Positions 1 to 8,106 of a stretch of DNA of 64,000 bases are shown here, piece by piece. This DNA comes from a virus (taxonomy: Duplodnaviria > Caudoviricetes). Position numbers and translations under genes: made by a program. The DNA is taken from IMG/VR virus record IMGVR_UViG_3300021387_000688; one strand, written 5' to 3'. How positions within the stretch are numbered: the first letter of the stretch is position 1; the number at the start of each line of letters is the position of its first letter. Below the pieces are notes generated by a model. It ran no database searches. It saw only the letters and a program-made list of their open reading frames with translations, and was not told the DNA's origin.

Positions 1-2
1 AT

Positions 3-692
3 AACGACTTTACGGACTTCAAGCAGATATGGCCAAACTATGTCTATACAGAAGCTATTCCTACAAACCCTCCTGCTTTAGCAGATGCGGCTTCTGTTAC
101 CAGATATGAAAACCCAGACGGCACTGTATATTCTGTTTATGTATTTAATAAAAAATACGATATGGATGATGTAGAATTACCTCATTTGGTTTATGTAAAT
201 AACATTCAATTAATAAAAGAGTTTAGGCAGTTAAATATCTGGAAGTTAAATTATAAAGGAAATGAAGATTCTTTACGTAGAGTAATATTCCCTGGCACTA
301 CTACACATAGAGATTATACCCCTGTGTTTACTTACCAAGGTAGGTACATACCTTATACGAGCTTGGCACCAAAATTCAATTTGCAAGATTGCAATGTAGA
401 AGTTCATTTGGATTTAGATGAACTTCATTTTTCAGGCTGGTTGTATGTAGGTAAAAGTTTACAAGACGTATTAGTTAAAGCAGAGTTACCTTTTGATGAC
501 GAACTTTGGCTTATACAAGATAAAGAGAATGGTAATAGAGCTAGGTTTAATGTAACTGAAGAAAAGGTTTATGAGTTGCCTCCGGACAATCCAACTCATA
601 TTCCAGATAATAAAGATATGGTTGTTACTACCAATACATTTAACTTTGTATTAAATGAAATTGGTAATGCAGATGAAGGAGAGTACTGGTAA
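3..692 (+). CDS. Virion structural protein (5'-partial)
   Basis: Frame is open from position 3 through the track ORF at 162, so the gene starts before the window. C-terminal DEGEYW resembles the DGGEW/DCGQW ends of 8107..11073 and 11156..13963. Lies directly upstream of the gp25-like gene. Confidence 0.55.
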   Translation, partial: NDFTDFKQIWPNYVYTEAIPTNPPALADAASVTRYENPDGTVYSVYVFNKKYDMDDVELPHLVYVNNIQLIKEFRQLNIWKLNYKGNEDSLRRVIFPGTTTHRDYTPVFTYQGRYIPYTSLAPKFNLQDCNVEVHLDLDELHFSGWLYVGKSLQDVLVKAELPFDDELWLIQDKENGNRARFNVTEEKVYELPPDNPTHIPDNKDMVVTTNTFNFVLNEIGNADEGEYW

Positions 693-1177
693 TGATCGGA
701 ATTAATGGTATAGATAGACACGCACAAGTTGTAAACAATATTTTAGTAAAAAAAGCAGAAAGGGTAGAAAAAACAGATACAGATATTTTTACTCAAGATA
801 TGCAAGTAGATAACTATTCTGATGCATTGATGAATACTGTTAAGCTTTGGTTGTTGTCTTCTAAGTGGGATAGAATTAGAAAACCTAATTGGGCAGGTTT
901 CTTTGATGGAAGATTGGAAAAATATCCTATGAATGAAGAAGGTGCTCAACAAGCTACTGAAGATTTAATTAAAGCTTTCAAAGGTAAAATAGAAGGCGTA
1001 GAATTGACTGACATTCATATGAAACCTAAACTAGTAGAAAGGGGTTGGGAAGTAGCTGTTTCTGCAATTGACACAGAAACTGGCATTTATGCAGATTATA
1101 AGAAATCCCCTAATCCATTTATCTTAGTACAGAAAGATCCTAATTTGGAAGTAACTTCTGTTAACACTATAGAATAA
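692..1177 (+). CDS. Baseplate wedge protein, T4 gp25-like
   Basis: VKLWLLSSKWDRIRKPNWAGFFDGRLEKYP...VELTDI follows the gp25 pattern (ILLTxxGER..PxFG..L..P); size fits. Confidence 0.6.
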   Translation: MIGINGIDRHAQVVNNILVKKAERVEKTDTDIFTQDMQVDNYSDALMNTVKLWLLSSKWDRIRKPNWAGFFDGRLEKYPMNEEGAQQATEDLIKAFKGKIEGVELTDIHMKPKLVERGWEVAVSAIDTETGIYADYKKSPNPFILVQKDPNLEVTSVNTIE

Positions 1178-1205
1178 CCTTCTATAATATTAAAAGGTAA
1201 ACGAG

Positions 1206-1433
1206 ATGGATTACATAGGTAATTTAATTAAAGCCCAAAAGTTATTAATCGCTAAAATCAAAGAGATGGCTGAACGTGATAGTGAAACATACTATTACGA
1301 AAAATATGAAACAGCCAACACCGAAAACCTTGAACTTAAAGAAAAACTCGCCAATTCTGAATTTAAGATTACTCAATTAGAAAAAGAATTGGCTAACAAA
1401 AATACCCTTATACAACAACTCTCCTCAAAATAG
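1206..1433 (+). CDS. Small coiled-coil hypothetical protein
   Basis: CTATAAT at 1182-1188 and AAGG upstream; heptad-rich sequence. Confidence 0.7.
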   Translation: MDYIGNLIKAQKLLIAKIKEMAERDSETYYYEKYETANTENLELKEKLANSEFKITQLEKELANKNTLIQQLSSK

Positions 1434-1438
1434 CAAAG

Positions 1439-1472
1439 TTGCAAAATCCAGAACAACATCTATAATGATATT
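1439..1472 (+). promoter_or_regulatory. Sigma70-like promoter, predicted leaderless
   Basis: TTGCAA (1439-1444), 16 nt, TATAAT (1461-1466), 6 nt, ATG 1473. Confidence 0.6.
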
Positions 1473-3527
1473 ATGAACTTTAGATTAGACAGCTTGGAAC
1501 TCTATGACTTTATGGGTTTCAAAGAGAAGAGGATAGATTTCTCCAAGTTAACGTTGTTGGTTGGCGAGAACGGAACTGGAAAGTCTGCTATCTTGGAAGC
1601 CTTAGCTCTTTCATTCCAGATCAAAGAAAGAGGAAATGCGGTAAACAATTATATCAGGCAAGGATGTAAAAAAGCTACTGTTATTTTACATGCAACTTGG
1701 ATGGACAAACCTTTAGAGATTGAATCTGTATTTGCCGCAACCGGTAGAAAGATTACCCGTACATTAAAGTATGAAGGTAACGTTTACGAAAACATGATGG
1801 CCAACAATTTCTTGACAGAGTATTTTGATTCAAGAAACCTTACTATTTCTTTTGCATTACAAGGTAACGATAAATTCTTATCTGCATCTAAAATGCAAAA
1901 CCTTAAAAACCTCACAGACCTTTTACAGATTGATTTTAATGATGAAGTAGAACTTGTAAAAGCAAGACTTAGAACAGTTACAACTGATAAAGATGAAGCT
2001 TTGACTAAGCTCCATAAACATACCGGTGCAAAATCCGCAGTAGAAGAATCTATTAAAGATTGTATAAGTAAGATTGAATATAACGAAAGGCAACTTACAC
2101 AATACCAAGAAGTAGAAGATTACTCAGTTGTAGAAAATGAAGTTTTGAAATTAAAATCAGAACTTAATGAACTTCTTAAAGCAAAAGACGAAGTTTCTAA
2201 AAAGCAAATAAAATACAAAGAATGTAACGATATATTGCTTAAGGATAGAAACACTTTACAGTCTTATAAAACTCAATTGGATAATTTACCGCAATTGGGA
2301 GAAGTTCAAGATGTAAATCCTTGGAAAGAAAAAGTAGCTTCCCAATCAAAGAATTTGGATGAAAGTAGAATTGCTTACAATCAAATGATTGGCAGTCAAA
2401 GCGAATTAAAAGCAAATATCAAATCTGAAAAAGAAAGATTAGATAAGATTGCAAACGGACTTTGCCCTACTTGTCATCAGCCAGTAGAGGCTCATATACT
2501 TGAAGCATCGGACCATACTATTCAAGAATTCCAAACCAAGTTGGCAGAGATTGAAAAGAGTATGGAAAATCAAACTGCCACTATTTCTCAAATCAAAACT
2601 GAAATAGAATCTCTTACAAAGCAAATCAGTTCTACAGAATTAAACAACAATAACATTTCTCATAACGCTCAGGTTAAGAAGATGTTGGAAGACTCTATAA
2701 ACAATTTGAATAAGAAAATTGTAGAAGAAGAGCAGCGCAAAAACGAATTGGAACAAGAATTGGGTACATTCTCCGAAGATGAAAAAGTAACTCAGTTGAG
2801 GGAATCTATTGCAAAGAAAGAAGAATTTGTAAGAGAAGCTAAAAAGAAAATTGAAGTAAAGGCCCAATGCAAAGCTAATATTCAAAGTTATAAAAACGTT
2901 TTGGATAATTTGCAAATGCAGAAAACTGAAAGCGAACAGCAGATTGAACTTTGCGAATTGGCCATCAGTAAAGATGAAAAAGAGATTGCAAAATTAAATC
3001 GTAAACAAGATATCTTTACATGTTTACCTAAAATCCATTTACAGGAAGTATTGAGTGGCATTCAATTTGTCATGAATGAATTGGTATCTCATTTCGGATT
3101 TAAGGGTCTTAGAATTGAATGTGATGACAAGGGTATAGATTTCTATTTGGTTAAGTGGTCTAAAAAAGATGATGGCACTCATTATGAAATTCCTTACTTC
3201 ATGTGTTCCGCTTTCCAGAAGAACCTTATCAACATTTCATTAATCGTTGCAATGAGTAAATTCTTTGACTTGCCATTTATTTGTGCAGATGAGATTGATA
3301 GTAGTGCATCTGTATCTAGTGAAAGAAAGTTAGGTATTGTAATCTCAGAAGCATTGAACAGTTGCCCTATGGTAACAATTTCTCACTCGGAGGGGTTGGT
3401 GACTGAATTGATTCAAAAAGGGCAAGACGTTTCTATAGTTAAATTAACAGAAGTTTTAGGAGATAGTATGCATGCACCTGATAATGAGAATTTAGAGGAG
3501 GAAGATCTTGAAGAATCTTTTGAATAA
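1473..3527 (+). CDS. SbcC/Rad50 (T4 gp46-like) recombination ATPase
   Basis: Walker A GENGTGKS, long coiled coil with CPTC zinc hook, degenerate signature CSAFQK, Walker B ICADEID, H-loop TISH. Confidence 0.92.
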   Translation: MNFRLDSLELYDFMGFKEKRIDFSKLTLLVGENGTGKSAILEALALSFQIKERGNAVNNYIRQGCKKATVILHATWMDKPLEIESVFAATGRKITRTLKYEGNVYENMMANNFLTEYFDSRNLTISFALQGNDKFLSASKMQNLKNLTDLLQIDFNDEVELVKARLRTVTTDKDEALTKLHKHTGAKSAVEESIKDCISKIEYNERQLTQYQEVEDYSVVENEVLKLKSELNELLKAKDEVSKKQIKYKECNDILLKDRNTLQSYKTQLDNLPQLGEVQDVNPWKEKVASQSKNLDESRIAYNQMIGSQSELKANIKSEKERLDKIANGLCPTCHQPVEAHILEASDHTIQEFQTKLAEIEKSMENQTATISQIKTEIESLTKQISSTELNNNNISHNAQVKKMLEDSINNLNKKIVEEEQRKNELEQELGTFSEDEKVTQLRESIAKKEEFVREAKKKIEVKAQCKANIQSYKNVLDNLQMQKTESEQQIELCELAISKDEKEIAKLNRKQDIFTCLPKIHLQEVLSGIQFVMNELVSHFGFKGLRIECDDKGIDFYLVKWSKKDDGTHYEIPYFMCSAFQKNLINISLIVAMSKFFDLPFICADEIDSSASVSSERKLGIVISEALNSCPMVTISHSEGLVTELIQKGQDVSIVKLTEVLGDSMHAPDNENLEEEDLEESFE

Positions 3528-3804
3528 AATATCAGATTTAAGCAGAACTTCCTTGCAGGATGTTAAGAAGTTCTTAAACATATGTAGACTCACAACATTA
3601 ATGGGCTACATAGAGAATTTGGATGAAGAGGGGAACTCTTTTATTGAGATTCCTTCTTTCGGGAAAATAAAGGTTTCAAGTGAAATGGATTTTGAGTTTA
3701 TTCCTACTACAGAATTGAAGAAGGAAGTATTCTCAATTAAACAGAATCCTAATACATTCTTGAAAAATGAATTGAGAAAAGTATTTCAGATAGAGGATAA
3801 GTAA
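3508..3804 (+). CDS. Hypothetical protein (weak HU/IHF-like resemblance)
   Basis: IEIPSFGKIKV resembles the HU beta-arm root; 98 aa. Confidence 0.5.
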   Translation: MKNLLNKISDLSRTSLQDVKKFLNICRLTTLMGYIENLDEEGNSFIEIPSFGKIKVSSEMDFEFIPTTELKKEVFSIKQNPNTFLKNELRKVFQIEDK

Positions 3805-3806
3805 GT

Positions 3807-5465
3807 ATGAACAAAGTTATGGATTGGCACGGTACTGAAGTACGTAAACAGATTTTAACAGGATATGAAATCTTGTATAAAATGGTAAGTGTTACGTTAG
3901 GACCTAACGGCCGCAATGTAATTATTGATGATGGAGGAGTTAGACCTCTTATTACAAAGGATGGGGTTACGGTAGCAAATCATGTAGACTCAAATGAACC
4001 TTTGTACAAGATTGGTATTTCTCTTGGAAAGGAAATTGCAGATAAGGTAGATGCAACCGCAGGTGATGGTACAACAACGTCTACAATTATCGGTTTCAAT
4101 TTGATGAAGTCCTTAAACAGTTTAGTGGACTTAGGATTGGATGTTAATGATATCCGTTCAGGTTTGAATAGAGCCATTCAGGACTCTGTTGATTTGTTAG
4201 TTAAGTTGTCTAAACCAATGCCAGATGTTAGAACAATTGCAGCAGTTGCATCTAACGGCAATGAAGAAATCATGGACTTATGTGAAGAAGCATATAGTTC
4301 TATTGGAGAAAACGGATCAGTTGTTTTAGCAGATTCTTATAGCAAAACTGGTAAATCATATGTAGAGGTTTCAAAAGGTATTAGATGGGAAGGTGGTATT
4401 CCTAGTGATTTGTTTGTAACAGATCCAATTTCAAATACAACAACTGTATCAGATCCTTACGTATTAGTTTTCGCTTCTGGTGTAGCTAAACTTGATGAAC
4501 TTACACCTTATATAGAAATTGCAAAGAACAATAACAGACCGCTTGTATTGATTGCTCCTTATTTTGAGCCAGAACTTTTCTCTCAAGCTTCTAGTAAGGG
4601 AGTATTGCTCCTTTCTTCTCCAGGAACATCTTTCAGCCACGTAGACTTGCATGAAGCATTAATGGATTTGGCGATTACATTAGGAACAAAAGTTATTCCA
4701 GATACTGCATCTGCACTTAACGTAATTGAAGATATTAAGGACGCAGGAAAAGCAGCTTTGATTACAGCTTCAATTGAAGAGACAAAAGTAACTCAGTACG
4801 AAGAACTTGAACCAGAACATGCAAAGATGTATAAAGAATACATTGATAAACTTAAGGCACAGATTGACGATGACGATGCACTTTCTATTAGCCGTACAGA
4901 ACAGTTGAAAGACAGATTGGCTAGATTGAGTGGAGGTATTGCAACAATTCATGTTGGTGCTTTAACACCTACCGAAAAAGAAGAAAAAGTAGCATTGATT
5001 GTAGATGCTCAACACTCTATTAGATCTGCAATGAAGTATGGTGTATTGCCAGGCGGTGGTACAGCATTGTTAAAAGTTTCGCAGACACTTTCAGATGATA
5101 TTTCAAATAAAACATTTAAATCAGAATCTGAAAAACGTGCATATAAAGCAGTACTTGATGTAATGAGAGTACCAGCTAAGATGCTTGTAGCTTCTCTTAA
5201 GCCAGAAGATTATCAGTATATTGTACAGCAAGTTGCTCATGAAAAGAACTTTACTACAGGTTACAATGTACGCACAGGTGAAGTAGAAGATTTGTTCAAA
5301 TCTGGTATTGTAGATTCAGCCGCAATTGAAATTAATGCTTTGAAGTATTCTAATTCGGTAATTGGATCATTCATCTTATCTAATGGTGTTATCTATAATG
5401 GAGATAGAAATATGAGCTACGATATGAACGATCGTAGAGCAGCGGAGGCAGGTTATGGCAGATAA
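3807..5465 (+). CDS. groEL: Phage-encoded GroEL-like chaperonin
   Basis: TLGPNGRNV, ITKDGVTVA, GDGTTT, RLARLSGGIA, GVLPGGG, GIVD motifs; 552 aa. Confidence 0.95.
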   Translation: MNKVMDWHGTEVRKQILTGYEILYKMVSVTLGPNGRNVIIDDGGVRPLITKDGVTVANHVDSNEPLYKIGISLGKEIADKVDATAGDGTTTSTIIGFNLMKSLNSLVDLGLDVNDIRSGLNRAIQDSVDLLVKLSKPMPDVRTIAAVASNGNEEIMDLCEEAYSSIGENGSVVLADSYSKTGKSYVEVSKGIRWEGGIPSDLFVTDPISNTTTVSDPYVLVFASGVAKLDELTPYIEIAKNNNRPLVLIAPYFEPELFSQASSKGVLLLSSPGTSFSHVDLHEALMDLAITLGTKVIPDTASALNVIEDIKDAGKAALITASIEETKVTQYEELEPEHAKMYKEYIDKLKAQIDDDDALSISRTEQLKDRLARLSGGIATIHVGALTPTEKEEKVALIVDAQHSIRSAMKYGVLPGGGTALLKVSQTLSDDISNKTFKSESEKRAYKAVLDVMRVPAKMLVASLKPEDYQYIVQQVAHEKNFTTGYNVRTGEVEDLFKSGIVDSAAIEINALKYSNSVIGSFILSNGVIYNGDRNMSYDMNDRRAAEAGYGR

Positions 5466-5721
5466 TGAAGAAGTTTTAGTACAAGGTACATTATCAAGTA
5501 GAGTACCTGGCTTTTGCGTACACCCTACTTGGTTTATTTCTGGTATAGAAAAAAGAGTTAAGATTGGTTCTAAGTCATTCAATTATATAGATTATTTGGA
5601 GGCTTGGGAACACCACGATTGTGGAACTCATAGAGGTTGGTTAGCATTAGCTAAGATAACAGACAAGATTAAAGAAGCATTTGCAGAAATAGAAGCTGCA
5701 GGTTATACAGTAAAAAGATAG
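5455..5721 (+). CDS. Hypothetical protein
   Basis: GGAGG RBS; overlaps the groEL stop. Confidence 0.7.
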   Translation: MADNEEVLVQGTLSSRVPGFCVHPTWFISGIEKRVKIGSKSFNYIDYLEAWEHHDCGTHRGWLALAKITDKIKEAFAEIEAAGYTVKR

Positions 5722-5730
5722 TAGTCATTG

Positions 5731-5763
5731 ACCTATACTGTTGTAAAAGACAGTATAGGTTTT
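5731..5763 (+). terminator. Intrinsic terminator-like hairpin
   Basis: ACCTATACTG-N10-CAGTATAGGT followed by TTT, between 5721 and the primase RBS. Confidence 0.55.
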
Positions 5764-5777
5764 AAGGAGAAACATGT

Positions 5778-6725
5778 ATGTATTACACCGGTATGGATTA
5801 TCGTGAAATGTTTTTAGATTGTGGTTTCAATCCTCCTACAAAAGGTAATAAACTTTGTAGGTGCCCTTGCCATGAAGATGCACATCCTTCTATGAGTATT
5901 GATCTCAATAGAGGATTGTTTCATTGCTTTTCTTGTGGGTATAGTGGAAGGATTGATAAAGTTTATTATGAAAAGTTTGGACATTCTTACGGGAAGAAAA
6001 CAACTTATAATGCAAATGAATTAAGAGAATTGTTTTCTAGAAGAGAAAGATATGTAAGAGCTCCAACTAAAAAACAATTCTTCAATGCACAAATCGTAAA
6101 ATATAACAGTCCAATACTTACTCAATGGTTAGAATTTAGAGGCATTAAAAAGTCTGTAGCAGATGCCGCAGGAGCTTTCTATGGCTGTGCAACTATTGAA
6201 TGGACAGATGATGAAGGAAATAAGAAAAGCTATAAGGTAAATGATAGAGTAATGTTTCCTATCTATGACGAAAATCATAAAATGTGTAGCCTTGAAATGA
6301 GATTTCCATTCTTTGGAAACGAAAACGCAAGGTTTAAAGAATCTGTTAAAAAAGTATTATATCCAAAATGTAGTTCTGTAAATCTTTTATACGAACAGGA
6401 TAAGTTGGATAAAACTAAAAAGTTGTATTTGTTGGAAGGTTTAATGGATTGTCTATCTTTTAGATCTTTAACAGGAATTAAAAATAGTACTACAATCTTC
6501 GGTGCAATGATCACAGATCATCAAAAAGAATTATTAAATGAGTTTCCAGAAGTTTGCTATGTTTATAATAACGATGTAGCAGGACTAAATTCTTTAGAGA
6601 GCATGAAGAAGTTTTATAAAGGAAAACTAACAGAACTTAAACCTGCAGGAGACTGGGATGATGTAGGGGATATGGCTAAAGCTAAGTTTACAGGAGTGGA
6701 AGAATGGTTGACGCAGGAACGTTAG
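5778..6725 (+). CDS. DNA primase (CHC2 zinc finger + TOPRIM)
   Basis: CPCHEDAHPS...FHCFSCG zinc finger; RVMFPI; LLEGLMD; YNNDVAG; DVGD. Confidence 0.92.
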   Translation: MYYTGMDYREMFLDCGFNPPTKGNKLCRCPCHEDAHPSMSIDLNRGLFHCFSCGYSGRIDKVYYEKFGHSYGKKTTYNANELRELFSRRERYVRAPTKKQFFNAQIVKYNSPILTQWLEFRGIKKSVADAAGAFYGCATIEWTDDEGNKKSYKVNDRVMFPIYDENHKMCSLEMRFPFFGNENARFKESVKKVLYPKCSSVNLLYEQDKLDKTKKLYLLEGLMDCLSFRSLTGIKNSTTIFGAMITDHQKELLNEFPEVCYVYNNDVAGLNSLESMKKFYKGKLTELKPAGDWDDVGDMAKAKFTGVEEWLTQER

Positions 6726-7222
6726 AATTGAAATTAAAAAATCTATTTAAGCATTTTGTGTGTAGACAAATTCGTGTTAAAGATTTTAAGGTAATAGAGG
6801 AAGGGGATTTGCAATTAAAGGTTACCGGTCCAGGCCTTAACCTTGATATATTCTGCCCCGCTGAGAATTTTGATGAAAAAGATTTTATTCATAAAATAAA
6901 TACTCATCCAGATTTAGCTAAGTACAACCAATTGATGGTTACTGGCGTAAATGAATTTTCAGAAGATATCCTTAAACATTTCTCTTATCAGGACTGCCCC
7001 GATATGTTCTATATTTGTAAACTACCTTATAGACAACTGTTGGTTAAGGTAGGGGAACAGCAAAGTTTTATAAAAGTATGTGCACAGACGTATCAAAAGT
7101 TATTGGCGTCTATAAGTAGTTTGAATGAATGGCCTGCAGAAATTTCTTTTGATAAAATTCAAAGTCTTTTTAAGAGAAAAGAGTTAGTTTCATTAATGCT
7201 TCATATATCGCAATTAAATTAA
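6704..7222 (+). CDS. Hypothetical protein
   Basis: ORF overlapping the primase end, with GGAG upstream. Confidence 0.65.
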   Translation: MVDAGTLELKLKNLFKHFVCRQIRVKDFKVIEEGDLQLKVTGPGLNLDIFCPAENFDEKDFIHKINTHPDLAKYNQLMVTGVNEFSEDILKHFSYQDCPDMFYICKLPYRQLLVKVGEQQSFIKVCAQTYQKLLASISSLNEWPAEISFDKIQSLFKRKELVSLMLHISQLN

Positions 7223-7298
7223 CGGTTTCTAGTTTAATTGCGCTAATTTATTATAATTTCGAAATAGGGTTTACCCCCTATAGCTATAGGAGTAGAAA

Positions 7299-7970
7299 AT
7301 GGTAAGAAGATTTTCTGAATCAAATGCTCAGACACGTAGACAAATGATGACTGAGAAACGCAGAAACCTTCGTGAAGATGAAGAAGTTGACGAGGACGAC
7401 ATCTCTGTTGAAGCAGATGCTACTGAAAACTTCGACGACGAAGGTGGAGATGTTAAGGAGCAGTTGATTGCCTTGTACAAAGCTGCTAAGGCTGATGGTA
7501 TATTGACTGACGAGGACCTCATCGATGATGAAGATTCTGACGAAGGCGATGACGACGATTCTGATGATGAAGACTTCGATGAAGAAGAGGAAATGGATGA
7601 GGAAGAAGAGCCTCTTGAAGAAGAAGACACTTCTGACGACGATGAAGATGATGACGACTCTGACGACGATGACTTGGATGAATCAGTTGTAGCTTCTCGT
7701 AAAAGAGTAGCTGAGGCTAAAGCAAGAATTGCAGCTCGTAAAAGAGTAGCAGAAGCTAAAGCTCGTATCGCCGCACGCAAGAGAGTAGCTGAAGCAAAAG
7801 CTAGAGTAGCTTCTCGTAACAGAGTAGCTGAGTCTAAGAAAGCTCCAGTTTCTTCTAACGCAAAAGCTCGTGCTCAGAGAATTGCTGAAGCAAAAGCAAG
7901 AATCGCTGCTCGTAAGAGAATTGCTGAAGCAAAGGCCAGAGTAGCTGCTCGTAAGAGAAACGCTCGTTAA
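7299..7970 (+). CDS. Putative prohead core/scaffold or DNA-condensing internal protein
   Basis: Very acidic N-half and basic repeated C-half; many hydrophobic-x-E sites (FSES, LRED, LDES, VAEA); AGGAG RBS; GCTAATT at 7242-7248; strong terminator after. Confidence 0.55.
   Translation: MVRRFSESNAQTRRQMMTEKRRNLREDEEVDEDDISVEADATENFDDEGGDVKEQLIALYKAAKADGILTDEDLIDDEDSDEGDDDDSDDEDFDEEEEMDEEEEPLEEEDTSDDDEDDDDSDDDDLDESVVASRKRVAEAKARIAARKRVAEAKARIAARKRVAEAKARVASRNRVAESKKAPVSSNAKARAQRIAEAKARIAARKRIAEAKARVAARKRNAR
7697..7967 (+). repeat. Coding tandem repeat, ~13-aa unit RKRVAEAKARIAA
   Basis: About six copies; nucleotide units diverge at synonymous sites. Confidence 0.85.
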
Positions 7971-7992
7971 TTTGTAGCATTTGATTTATAAG

Positions 7993-8025
7993 AAGTCCTT
8001 AGTTTATTCTAAGGACTTTTTCTTT
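7993..8025 (+). terminator. Rho-independent terminator
   Basis: AAGTCCTTAG-TTTATT-CTAAGGACTT then TTTCTTT. Confidence 0.8.
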
Positions 8026-8045
8026 GCCTAAAATTATTTTGCGTA

Positions 8046-8077
8046 AAGAAAAACCTACTGAAATTAATCAGTAGGTT
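8046..8077 (-). terminator. Rho-independent terminator for 8107..11073
   Basis: AACCTACTGA-AATTAA-TCAGTAGGTT with an A-tract on the left (U-tract on minus). Confidence 0.75.
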
Positions 8078-8106
8078 AAACTTTTAGTTAAGGAGTTTAT
8101 TTTTTA

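Noticed and set aside
7328-7780. 150-aa Ser-rich minus-strand ORF
   Set aside because: Antisense shadow of the Asp/Glu-rich gene 7299..7970; no RBS or promoter.
7697-7967. CRISPR-like periodic repeat
   Set aside because: In-frame coding repeat with synonymous variation and no unique spacers.
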